Shown: piece by piece, positions 49,211-61,252 of the stretch
Position numbering within the stretch: the stretch's first letter is position 1
Layout: every line of letters begins with the position of its first letter
Assembly (NCBI GenBank): GCA_943704425.1
Contig: CALSCP010002399.1
Span: forward strand, 23,014-87,013
Source: Ministeria vibrans ATCC 50519
Taxonomy: Eukaryota; Protista; Filasterea
Reading direction: 5' to 3'
DNA: 64,000 nucleotides
Notes under the pieces: generated by a model
The model's database searches: none
Seen by the model: the letters and a program-made list of their open reading frames with translations, nothing else
What the model was told of the DNA's origin: nothing
Program-made: the position numbers and the translations under genes

Positions 49211-49475
49211 ATGGCCTCTCCTGCACGTGGAAGTATCACCACGTCGGCGTCCATGATGGTGCGCACCCGACCAGTGCATGTGCTGTGTCTCGATGTGCCC
49301 CGATGTGTCGTCTAACGTGTGAAACGTCTTTTTTCTTTCGCCGTCTGCAGGACAAAAAGACCCAATGGGATGCGACGCAGAAGCAGACCTTCACCCGCTG
49401 GGCCAATCAGTACCTCCTCGACCGGCTGATGGAGATGAAGAACCTCTATGAAGGTGCGTAATCGCTAAAGCTGTC

Positions 49476-49506
<31 letters not shown>

Positions 49507-50800
49507 GTCTGTGTGTTGGTTTAGGCGACGTTTCCATGTTTCTCGAGGCCGTCTTTGAGCGGGAGGTGATGGACTCGAGGCGGGTGCGCAACGTGCTCCG
49601 CGGCACGTCGCTTCCCTGCAAAATCCTGTCGACGTTTGCTGGACTGCACAGCGAACTGTTCAGCGACGCGACTCTGCGCGCCCCCATCCACAAGATCATC
49701 GACCATTTCGGTTCGTTTGAAGTCGACCCGTCGCGCACCGCGTCTCCACAGGAAATGAGAGTACGTCGCTGCTGCTATGCGTGCTGCTGGGCGCAGTAGA
49801 CCCCACCCTGATACTTGTTTGTTGTTGAATGCATAGGTCAACTTGGAGCAACTCCTTCGATGCACCAAGGACGTCTTGAGCGCCCTCTATCGCTCACTGT
49901 CGGGTCTGCCGCTTGCCGTCCGTCGCGTCTTTCTCATGGTCTACGGTCGCATCCAGAAGCGTTTTCCTCGCTCCGGCGAGTCCGAGTGGCGCTTTGTCAT
50001 TAGCAATTTCTTCTTCAACGCTTTCATTTGCCCTCTCCTCGTCTGTCCCTACGACGCCGGCATTGTCGATGTCCACCCCCATCCAGCAGCATTGCGTCGT
50101 CTTATTCTCGTTGCCAAGGTTCTCGTCCAGCTTGGCACCGGCGACCCCTTTGCCGACACGGACCCACTCAGTGTGACCAACGCCTTCATTCGCTACCAGA
50201 CCAGCTCCGTCGACACTCACATTGTCGAGAACCTCCTTACCGACCCAACTGTCGTATCGACTGTCACCGCCACAGCAGCAGCGTCAAAAGTGACAGCAGG
50301 GAGCGAAGGTCGCGCTCCTCCACTCGGCAGCAATGTTGCTCCTGGCTCGACTGCCGGCTTTGGTGCGGCCCAGACCGCGGACGCTGACACGCCACCATTA
50401 GAAGATGGCTCGGCACAATTGTCGCCGACTCCCTCCGTCTCCTCCATGCCGTCCGTGTTGCCTCCCGAAACGATGCGTCGCTATGCGGGCACGTCGCTTG
50501 AACAGGTCATGGCCAACATGTCCGAGTTGCACGAGTACTTTTCGCGCATGGCCGTCGTCATGGCCGAGTGTGTCCAAGCCAAGGAACGCGATCCACGACT
50601 CGCGGCCCTTCAGGCACGCATGAAAGAGCCCGTTCCCGCCGCCGTCCAGCGCATCTTTTTCAACCAACTCACAGCGTCCCTGGGTGCGCTCACCACTCGA
50701 CGTGTCCGCATTCAAATGGCCCAAATCAGTCAAAGTTCACAACAGCGCGAATCACTCCGTGACAAGAATCACCAGCACAAACATCAGGCAAAACAGTCTC

Positions 50801-50849
<49 letters not shown>

Positions 50850-50857
50850 CCAACACC

Positions 50858-50888
<31 letters not shown>

Positions 50889-53771
50889 CCAACGTCAGTC
50901 AACAAGTACACTTGATACTCCCGAGCTCCTGGTCGAGGGTGAAGTGCCGCGCAAATCAAGCGACACGAGTAGTAATGTGGGTGCTGGGGAGGACAAGCAC
51001 TTTGGAGGCTTTTCTCGTTTGAGTCGTCGTATCAAGCGAGGCGTGTCGCGCACCGCTATGCAAATGCAGTTTGAGATGGCGCTCAACGTCGAGGCAGTCT
51101 TCAGCGATGTGAACGCCGAGCCGCCACGCGATGCGGTCGTTGTGGCGCACAATTTGCTGGATCGCATGCGTCGCATTGTCGCCGTGTGCTCGCGCGAGCC
51201 TGAAGACGAGACAATATGCCATCAGGAGTCGGTCGATGACACCGCCGTACAGGGCGATGGAAGCGACATGACATTGCAAGCCACGAGTGCTACTTCCACT
51301 CTGGACCTTCCCTCAAGCGCCACCATGTCGGTGAGTGGCGCCTCTTCGTCGGGTGGCGCGTCATCGTCGACGTCCACGTCGCGCAGTCCGAGCCTCAAGC
51401 ATCGCGCCTTTAGCAAGTTCAAGGATGGCGTCAAGGCCATTTTGCCGCTTGCCTCGGAGGATCGCAGCGACGCCGGTAGTACTCTGATGGGTGGTGACGC
51501 GCCCGGCACCGACATGGTCGAGCCACTCTTTAACGAGCGCGTTCTCGAGCCGCTTGATGCCATCGTACACTCCACGCCCACGTCGCCCGGCGCGCCGCAT
51601 CACCAGCCGTCTACCTCCGAGAGTGCCCTCTCATCCAAGGCATCCAGCTCCAATGTAACCGGCATCCTCACGGAAGTCTCCATGACGTCGGCGGGTCATG
51701 CGGGCCATGCGAACCTCATTACGTACTGGGACGAAGTAGCTAATCACCTGGACTTTCGCGAAATCATGCTGGGCCTTACGGAACTTCAAGCGATCGACCT
51801 GTCCGCCATGTCGCTCAAGCAACAGCTCACCTTCTGGCTCAACATCCACAATCTGCTCTCGCTGCACGGATGTGTGCTGTTGGGCGGTCCGCCTTCATCG
51901 TCGTCCAATCGCAAGCGGTTCCTCGAGGCGTTCATCTACAACATTGGTGGTCACGCTCTCTCGCTCACCGACATTTACACGGGCATTCTGCGCGGCAACG
52001 ACCATCACTACTTTCAGGCGAGCGACGCGCGCCTCGCCCTCGTGCCGGCCGCGTGTGACATTCGCGTGCACTTTGCCATCTCGTACGCGACCGAGTCCAC
52101 CTCGCCCATTGTGTTGTACGTCGTGGACACGGTTGGCGACCAGCTCACGGGCGTAACCATTGAGTATTTGCGCAGCCACATTCACGCCGAGGGCCGCCAT
52201 GTGACGCTGCCGCACATCTTTGACGAGTACCGCAATGACTTTGGGCCGTCGTGGCCGCGCGACATTTTTGCCTTTCTCAGTCGCTTCCTGCCCTCGGTGG
52301 GTGCCCATCGCCTGTGTAAGGCGGCGTGCACGGGACGTCTCGACGTGCGCTACACTCCCAAGTCGTGGCGACCGCGTCGCGGCAACCTCTTTGCACAGGT
52401 GTCGCCGACGCTGCTCAGTGCGCGCAAGAGTGAGATTCTTGATCGCTCGTGCCTCGACGAGATTGTCGCACGGTGGCGCCTCAAAGTTGAGGCACGACGA
52501 CGCAAGAAGAGCGCAGCGGAGCGCGCCGACTCCGTCGGTGAGATTGGAGTGCTCAACCAGGAGAGCGAGTGGCATGCTACGCCCCGCTCGGCCTCCGTGG
52601 TCGCCGAGAGCCTCTTGCGCACCTGCATGACGCTGTGCCGTGCCTACCTCTACGACTGGGGCTCCATTTCGGCGAGTCCCGAGTTTGTCTCGTTTCTCTA
52701 CGAACTCTCCGAGCTCAACTACGTCTTTCTCAAGGAGCAGGAGCGCGAGACGTACATTGCCTTCTGGCTCAACGTCTACCATCTGCTGGTGCTGCACCTG
52801 CTCATTATGAACCGCCCCTTCCGCGATCTCAATCCCGTCGACAAGCATCGCGCATTGCGTGTCTACAAGTACAAGTAAGCCATGATATACAATCTTCTAG
52901 CTGACGTGTCCTTTATTGCCCTATCATTTTATAATATTACTTATTTTTATTATTAATAATAATTATTAACAATTATTAATCTTTTGACTTAATTCACTTG
53001 TATAGCATTGAGGGATGCGGATACACCCTGTACGACATCTACCATGGAGTGTTGCTGTCGAACCGAATTGACAAGGTGCTGAAGCGGGCGGATGCGCGTC
53101 GGCTATACACGCTGAACTCGAGTGCGGGCGACGATCCACGGCCCGTCATGGTCGCTTCGCACTTGTGCCACGGCGACGCCGCCATGCAAGTGTTTGTGGC
53201 CGATGCAGCGACCATCGACGAGCAGCTGGACAGCGCAATGGCGGCGCATTTGCAGCGCAATGTGGCGCGTGAGTCGCCGACGATGCTGTCGCGCGACAGC
53301 AGTGGTGCCAGTGTGATGGCGCTCAAGGTGCGCCTGCCGCGCTCAGCTGAGGTGGCTTATCTGGCGTTTTTCCTGCATGAAGACGCCCACGAGTCGCATG
53401 GGCCCGAGAGCGCACGCAACCCGACCAGGAGCGCGCCCGAGTCGAGTGTGGACATTCTCAATCGACAGCTGATGGAGAAGAAGAACAAGAAGTCGTTTTT
53501 CTCCAAAATGACAAGTACCATGACGAAGCGTCTGATGAGTCAGGGTGCCGTGGCCGAGCAGGAGCGCAAGGCGGACTTTATGGAGTACATCAGCAAGTAT
53601 TTGCCTCCCGAGTGGTAAGAAAAGAGCACAGTCAAAATAAGTATGAGAGTGTGTTTATTTATAAATCATAATGTGTCTGTCAGGAACGCTTCCTTGCGCG
53701 ATCCGCAGTCGGGCGACATCACAACCAACATTCGCTTTCGTGACCAAAACTGGAACGTTGAATTATTGTAA
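49211..53771 (+). CDS. Partial CH + RasGAP-like + polyQ + two DUF547 domains
   Basis: WDATQKQTFTRWANQYL (start of CH1); VLRGTS..K and FFFNAFICP..LVAKVLVQL (RasGAP); LTFWLNIHNLLSLHG and IAFWLNVYHLLVLH (DUF547). Confidence 0.82.
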
Positions 53772-54083
53772 AAATAATATTAATAAGAAAATAAATTAAT
53801 AGAGAATAATAGAAGTAATGGGTTACATTCTGCTTCTTAATAATTATTATTATTTTATCTACATCTTATTAACATTATCTACTTATTACTATTACTATAG
53901 TCTATAATAATAATTATGGACTATGGTTGATTTTAGTGACTTTTTGATGGGTCATGCATTGTCACGATCAGTTTCACAGCTTTGAGAATCTCACAAAACT
54001 AATAAAAACAATTTTTAATCATTTTTTTTACGTTCTTTCTTTTAATCTTTGTCTTCTCAATACTCACAACTCTCTCTCTCTCA

Positions 54084-56529
54084 ATGAGCTCTGCATCACC
54101 CTCGACCAAGGTATAGTTTGATGGTGTTGTCGGCGCTGCTCGTCTTTTGCTTGTGCGCGCGCTCTGTCATTTTTGATGACACATTTAATGCTTGTCAACA
54201 ATGAATCATCGGCACAGCCTACGCTATTCTGCACGACTGACACACGCGCTTGCTCACCCACACACCCTTAGACGTCATCTGCCTCTGAGGCAACGCCTGC
54301 CCCCGCGCCAAGTGCCGTTGCGGCTGTTCCAGCAAATGTCGTCATTTCCGACGTTTTCGCTGCTCGCCGTGCCCAAGCGTACGCTGCTGCTCTGGCTGCC
54401 GAGGAACGCGAACCTGTGCCATACGCCTCCAAGCCTGTTCTCGAAGCGTTCACGGCGACGCTGCGCAGCGACGCCGAGGCTGTGGCGCCACTCGACCAAA
54501 ACCGCACAGCGGTTCGCCCCACAATGCGCCTTCGCCAGGGCAATGCCGTTGACCTTGCGGCTCGTGAGCGTGCCTACCAGTCGTATCAGGCATTTTTGGC
54601 GACCGACGAGGCGGCGGCGTCGACTGTTGCTCACCAACCGAGCGCCAAAGTGTCGCTCGACGCTTTTCGTGCCAAACTCGTGAGCGGTGCGCCCCGTGCG
54701 CAACCCGTGTCGCAGGAGCACCTCAACAAGAAGACGAAGGAGGGCGAGCAATCGACTTCCAGTGCGGCCACAATTCGTCTTCAAGTGCACCAGTCGCGTT
54801 CGACGACCACTCGTCCCATGATGCGCATTGTGCAGGTGCCGGAACCCACCCAGGCGTACAAGGCGCGTCGTGAGCAGGCGCGTGTCATGATGGAGCGCCA
54901 CTTGGCCGACAACGCGCCCGAGCCCGTCTGGAAGCCGACGCCCAAGCCTGTGCTGGACGCCTTCCGCGCCCAGCTTGTCTCCGGTGCACCTCGCGTTGCC
55001 CCTGTGCCCCAGAAACAGCAGGTGAAGACAACGGTGCGTCCCACTATGCGCATTGTGCAGGCGCCCGAGCCTACCGAGGCGCAAAAGGCTCGTCGTGAGC
55101 AGGCGCGTGCCATGATGGAGCGCCACTTGGCCGACAACGTGCCCGAGCCCGTCTGGAAGCCGACGCCCAAGCCTGTGCTGGACGCCTTCCGCGCCCAGCT
55201 TGTCTCTGGTGCGCCACGTGTGCGTCCTGTCATGCAGAAACTGCTCAACCAGCGTGTGACGTGCCTTCCCATTCGTCCCGTCCCCGCGCAGCTCAAAGAG
55301 GAACTGTCGCGTCGCGCTTCGCGTCACGCCCACCCAATGGTGTCCGACAAGAAGAACACTGCCTCTACCGTGCACAATGCTCGTGCACTGCTGACCACGA
55401 CGACCACTACGTCCAACTCCAACTGCATTCGCAATCGTCCTATGATGCACATTGTGCAGGCGCCCGAGCCCACCGAGGCGCAAAAGGCTCGTCGTGAGCA
55501 GGCGCGCGCAGTCACTGAAGGCATCATGAATAACTACGACGCGCCTCTCCACGCACAGCTTTCGTCGTCGTCGTCGAGCAAGCCTGTGCTGGACGCCTTC
55601 CGTGCCCAGCTTATCTCGGGTGCGCCTCGTGTGCGTCCTGTGCCGCAGAAACAACAGGAGAAGACAAGTGTGCGTCCCACGATGCACATTGTGCAGGCGC
55701 CCGAGCCTACCGAGGCACAAAAGGCCCGTCGTGAGCAGGCACGTGCCGTGATGGAGCGCCACTTGGCCGACAACGCGCCCGAGCCCGTCTGGAAGCCGAC
55801 GCCCAAGCCTGTTCTGGACGCCTTCCGCGCCCAGCTCGTCTCTGGTGCACCTCGCGTGCGTCCTGTGTCGCAGGCGAACCAAACGGAGCGCCAGCGTGCC
55901 ACTGTGCCTCGCATGCGCATCCGTCCAGCCCCCCAGCAGCTGAAAGAAGAATTGGCGCGTCGTGAAGCGCGTCGTGCGGTTGCGCAGGCGGGAATGGAGG
56001 CATTTCTGGCCGCCGACGACGCCGAGTACGCGCACCTGCACGCGCCCACGCCCAAGCCTGTCCTCGACGCCTTTCGCGCCCAGCTCATCTCCGGTGCCCC
56101 TTACGTCGCTCCTGTGGCTCAGTCTCACGTGAATAAGGAGAAGAACAGCGGATCGACACCCGTTCGTCCGGCTGCGCACCATCTGAAGGCTGAGGTGGCG
56201 CGTCGTGCGTCGCGTCGTGCCGAGGCGTACGCTGCCATGCAGGCACACTACGATACGCAGGCGCCCGCGGAGACTGCCAATGTGTCGACACCCAAGACGT
56301 CCCTCGATGCCTTTCGTGCCACTCTCATCAGCGGTGCTCCGCGTGTCAAGCCAGGTATGTCTCATAGGGAACTTGACATACTTATGTTGATTAATCGTGT
56401 TCGTTTTTACTCATAGTGCCTCAGACGTCGCATCACGAGCGTCGCTACACCGGTCTTACGTCGGAGGCCCAGCAGCAGATTGAACTTGAGTCTCATATCC
56501 GCCAGCTGGAGCGTCTCAATTGCCTCTAA
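54084..56529 (+). CDS. Orphan basic tandem-repeat protein (8 repeats of ~75 aa; exons 54084-54110, 54272-56353, 56417-56529)
   Basis: Repeated ARREQARAVMERHLA...PKPVLDAFRAQLVSGAPRVRPV; strong codon bias; canonical introns. Confidence 0.85.
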
Positions 56530-56594
56530 GAAACGAAGAGAGTAGTGAACGAGCGCGGGAGTGTGGATAGGAGTCGTTCTTTGTGGTGTGTGGA

Positions 56595-56751
56595 GTGAAT
56601 AAAAACAAGCGGCGTGCCCTCGTTCCTCGACATTCCTTTGTGATGGTATAAAAATGTGTGGTCGGTCGAGCTCATGGAACGCTGTTGGGACCTCGGCCCC
56701 ACCAGGAGGCCCACATTCGACATGTGCTGTGCTCTCCTTCCTTATAAATGA
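56595..56751 (+). pseudogene. Remnant of a TK/TKL kinase subdomain XI
   Basis: 56665-56751 reads VELMERCWDLGPTRRPTFD, with an in-frame stop at 56641 and no upstream kinase exons. Confidence 0.6.
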
Positions 56752-56857
56752 GCACAACTCATAAGTTATAAGTTATAACTCTTTAACTTATAAGTCTTAT
56801 ATCATTTTTTTTAAGTTTGCCTCGCATCTCTGTGTCTATTGGCGAAGTAGCGAGCGT

Positions 56858-58085
56858 ATGATGGGTCTCCAACACGTGCAAAAGCTCATGGTGTTCGGCG
56901 CCGTGGTGTGCTCGTTCACCGCCTTCTTCCTCATCACTGCCTGGTAAGCAGCGCGCATTCGCCCCGTCTCTTGTGCGGATACGCTCTTGTGCCTCTGATG
57001 GAAGGCCGCTTGCCTGGACCCAGGCATAGCCTGATTCAGTCACGAGAAGTTCCGATTCAAAAAAAAAAAAAAAAAAAAATCGCAAGCTTGTCATCGACAG
57101 GAAACTAACGAGTTGTATGACTTGCCGTTAGGATGAACGAATACGTGGGCGACGGACTGGTTTGGAACGACGCAAACATCTTCAATTTCCACCCTTGTAA
57201 GGTAGATCGCTGCCTGTGTGGGGCTGGGGAGACAGCGGCAACGACGCTGTTGCGGCACTGCAGCGCAGCGCGTTTCCCTCTTTTGCTCCATCACACGCCG
57301 CATTGGGGCTTCCCATCCACGTCCAGTCTGGACGACACGCTGTGTGCTGACCTGTGGCGTATTCTCGTTTAGTCTTTATGGTGCTGGGATTTGTTGTGTG
57401 CGAAACCAACGCCATTGTGCTCCACTCATCACTCACCATTGCACGTCCCAAGCGCAAAATGATTCACTTCCTTCTGCACGTCTTCTCCATCACCTTTGCT
57501 ACCATTGGTCTCTATGCCATCTTTGAGTCTCACAGAATCCAGCACAAGGCCAATGTGTACTCGCTGCACTCCTGGTGAGTCTTCAAGATGTGTTTGCATT
57601 TTGCATTGCAATGCTCAGCAATTGTACTTTATACTTGCTCTTGTAGGATGGGTCTGATGACAGTGTTCTGCTGGTCTCTGCAGTTCATTTTTGGCTTTGC
57701 CGTGTACTTCTTTGGCTCGGATGCGTCCACCAAGAAACAGTACTCTGCGCTCCACATCAAGTGGGGACTCTTTGTATTTGTCCTCGGGTGCGTTTCAGAG
57801 AGAGAAACATTGAGGGGAGGGAAGGAGAACCTCATTGACACTGATGTTTTTGTGCGTATGTGTGTAGTTGCATTGCTGCACTTTTGGGCATTCTTGAGTT
57901 TGCCACATTTAAGTAAGAAGATAAGGAAAAGGTGACCACAGTCTTAACATGGGTGTTTGTGTGTGTGTGCAGTTCTCTTCAGTCTGGAACAGTTCTGCAC
58001 ATTGCAAATGGGGCTGGAATTATGATTGCAATGACTCTCTTGTGTGTGGTACGAGAAAAAAAGAAAGAGAAAAAGAGCGTATATT

Positions 58086-58116
<31 letters not shown>

Positions 58117-58202
58117 TACAGATTTGGATTGTGACCAACTACGCACAAAACTTTGCGACGGGAAAGAACGCAAGCGACTCGCTGATCCAGAACGAATATT
58201 AA
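56858..58202 (+). CDS. CYB561: Cytochrome b561 family transmembrane ascorbate-dependent reductase
   Basis: FNFHP, KMIHFLLH, YSLHSWMG and YSALHIKWG supply the four heme His; about 7 exons. Confidence 0.92.
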
Positions 58203-58250
58203 ATAATAGCATTGAGCAGCAACCAAGAATTACGATCGTATTGGGGTTTC

Positions 58251-58875
58251 TTATTGGGTACAGAGGAATTGGGTGAGAGTGACAGGCGGAGGAGTGTAGT
58301 GTGGCGAGGAAATGAGCAAATGGAGCATATGGGAGTCGGAGGGAACGCAGTGGAGTCCATGGAACTGACACACTGTCATCTGAGGCGTGAGGAGAGGTTG
58401 AGTGTGAGTTTGTATCCGTGCGCGCGTGTATGTGGGTCGTTCTTACTGCCATATCGCGGTCAAAGGCGTTTTCGACTGCCACAGTATGGACATAGTCTGC
58501 AGAGGACTCCATGCGCTCAATAAGGTCTGCCTCAAGTGCAATGAGTGGACCGGGGGGAAGGCGACGACGCCGCAAAAACTACAGCATGTGTGTGCGTGCG
58601 TGTAGTGCAGTGTGGTGAGTGACGAAGAGAAGTGGGCTCTTCGGGGGAAAGAGGAAGAGGGCACTCTGTGCACTCCCACAACACATACACTGGTGCAAAG
58701 AGAAGAGAGAAAACTCTCTGTCTCTCTCAGAAAGAGAAATGCCTCTTTTGCGTTCCCATTGGGCATTGGAAGGAAGGGGCTCCAAAGGCGAAGAGAGAAA
58801 TGGAGAACAAATCGTGCAGACGCAAGAAGAGGCTAAAGTATGCCTCGCGAATGGTTCACCAGCTGCGTGTTGCAA

Positions 58876-58910
<35 letters not shown>

Positions 58911-59770
58911 ACACACACATACATACACATACACATACATACACGCATACACACACACATACATACATACACACATAAATAGACAGACAAAGAAAGATGA
59001 GTCACACTTGGCTTACGCGTCGAGTGGACGGCTCAATGCGGAGGTAGCACTGTGTCGCTGTGAGCGGAACCGACTGCGTTTCGCTCGTCATTGTCTCCCC
59101 ATTTACTTCGACAAACCCGTCGCTGTCACTGTCGTCATTGTCACCAAGACACTTTTCGTGTTCTACAGATGGACACGGTGAGAACAAAAGTAAATCAAAA
59201 AGGAACCCACTATTACCTGAGGTGTCTAGCATGCGATATTGCTCTTCCTCTGACATCTGAGAAAAGTCGAGCCATCGCTTCAGCTTGTCGAGGTTTGCCA
59301 CGTCGAACAACGAGGAGAAGACAGAGAACTTCACTTCGCGCGCAGGGGTCTCGTCGAGCACGGGGTCGACGTTGGGAGCGGCCTCCAGCAGCGAGATGAC
59401 TAAAAATAACAACAACAAAGCAAATGACGGACAGAAAAAGGGGGGAAAAGGGGGTGTCGTTTGGCCAAGGAAGGCGTACGGTTGGCAAAGCGTTGTCTTC
59501 GGCGAGAGAACTCGCGGCCAGCCAGGAAGCCAATCTCCTGGCGGCGGTCGCGCGAGGCGGCGCGTCGTTGCGATCGGCGGGAGGGCCGCGGAGACGCAAG
59601 GGCGGCGTGGGCGCGCGGGGATACGTGCTCGAGGGTGTCGCTGGCACTGTACGTGGCTGGGCAGGAAGAGTAGCAGAGTTGGGTTGTGAGAGAGAGTGAA
59701 TTTCGCAATAACGGTCGATCACATTCCATAAAAGAGACGCAATACACATACTGGTGGTCAGGGTCGCCAT
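58251..59770 (-). CDS. R3H-associated-domain protein (R3HDM4-like)
   Basis: RRRQRFANR; CYLRIEPSTRR|FLRRRRLP..LIALEADL; NAFDRDMA|MTVCQFHGL; PPVTLTQFL. Confidence 0.7.
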
Positions 59771-60016
59771 GGTAGATTGGTGGACTGGTGAAGGTGGTGA
59801 ATTCGAAGGGTACAGGTTGAAGAGAGAGAGGACAGAGCCAGTTGAAGGAAAATAAATATTAAAATATTGTATAATAATTATAATAAACATTCTCCTAATT
59901 ACATTATTGTATGAGATACATATTAATAATAATAAAATATTAATAAATTAATGGTAACTCGTTATTGCGGAACACCGAGACTCAGCCTCACTCAGGTCTT
60001 GCGAGTGACAGGACTC

Positions 60017-60128
60017 GTGACTCACTCTTGACTCACTCTTGACTCACTCTTGACTCACTCTTGACTCANNNNNNNCGTGACTCACTCTTGACTCACTCTT
60101 GACTCACTCTTGACTCACTCTTGACTCT
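60017..60128. repeat. 11-bp tandem repeat (TGACTCACTCT)n spanning an N gap
   Basis: About 4.5 units on each side of the Ns at 60069-60075; both blocks begin with cgtgactcac. Confidence 0.9.
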
Positions 60129-60249
60129 TTGAGTCTTGCATCTTGATACAAAATATCTTGATTTGTTTCGTTGAGATTTTCGCAGAATGATTTATACACA
60201 CACACACACACACACACATACAGCGCAACGTATCCGGGTCCTCGCTGTC

Positions 60250-61102
60250 TCACTTGGCCTTGGCAAATTGGAGTCGGGGAGAGTCCAGCTCAAAGTTTGC
60301 AAAGCAGGCAAAGGAGTTTGAGAGACGGTTGCCGCGATGGCTTGGCTTGAATGTGGTCAGGGAGAGGCCAAGCGAGTCACGAGGCACGCCCGAGTCGGCC
60401 ATGACAGCGCCCGTGCACAGGACGAGACGTGCATTGGGACGCGCCACTTTGGCAACTGTGGCACACATTTTAGTGAGGCATTCGGGTGCGAGAAAGGGTG
60501 GATCAAAGATGACCAAGTCGAAGGAGTGCACTAAATATAAAAAGTAGCAACGTCAGCGAGTGTTGCCAGGGCACCGCCACGGCAGTGGTTGTTTGCTGAC
60601 CGTGATCGGCGGGCACTTCGTCTTCGTGGTTGTAGTCGTAGAAGACAAAGTTAGGGTATTTAGCAAAGCGCTTGTCGAATTCATACACAAAGACATTCGA
60701 GTCGGGCAAGGAGTCCTACAGCATGCCGAGGGTCAGACAGCATCGGGTGCGCTTCCACCGTGTACCTTGATCGACTTGAAGAGCGACGGTGCGCTGATAA
60801 TGGCGATGCGGCCGTTGGGCGTCGCTGCACGCGCAACCGCCGTCAGAAAGTCAATCGTTGCCGTGTCATACCAAAACTGGCTGAGATTCCAGTCTTCTGC
60901 AAAGTCGTCGATGGCCGGCTCCTCTTCTGCATCACACACAGCAGGCGGCAGATCAGGCACACAGGGCAGACGAGGCGAGCGCAGTACCTTTTTCAAAGGC
61001 TTCTTCGGCTGCCTTGCGTTCCGCTAAAAACTCAGCCAACGCTGCCGCAGCAAACGAGCTCAACTGCGGCTTGTCATCATCGCTGTCGATAGCGTCACTC
61101 AT
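60250..61102 (-). CDS. EEF1AKMT1: eEF1A lysine methyltransferase 1 (Efm5/N6AMT2)
   Basis: PQLSS.A.AALAEF, EDWNLSQFWYD, IAIISAPS, EFDKRF, FVFYDYN, DPPFL.ECLTK, LCTG, LSNSFACFANF. Confidence 0.95.
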
Positions 61103-61252
61103 ACGACTTACGTAGCGAAAACAGAAAAAAAAATTGATCAACGAATGATCAATGAGTCTGTCACTGACTCAGTTTGTCTTAGTCCATTTCACATCCATTT
61201 AGTCCAGAGTGCTGGATTTTATAATATTAATTACGAAATTCACTCTTATTTA

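Noticed and set aside
50798-50892. (CAA)n tract and the many (TG)n/(GA)n runs
   Set aside because: Ordinary polyQ and intronic microsatellites, abundant throughout the window.
54275-56365. 696-aa antisense ORF (likewise 51895-52848 and 2646-3557)
   Set aside because: Shadow of GC-biased sense genes, with no motifs of its own.
60017-60128. CRISPR or telomeric array
   Set aside because: No spacers and an internal position; the two halves are probably one block duplicated across a scaffold gap.
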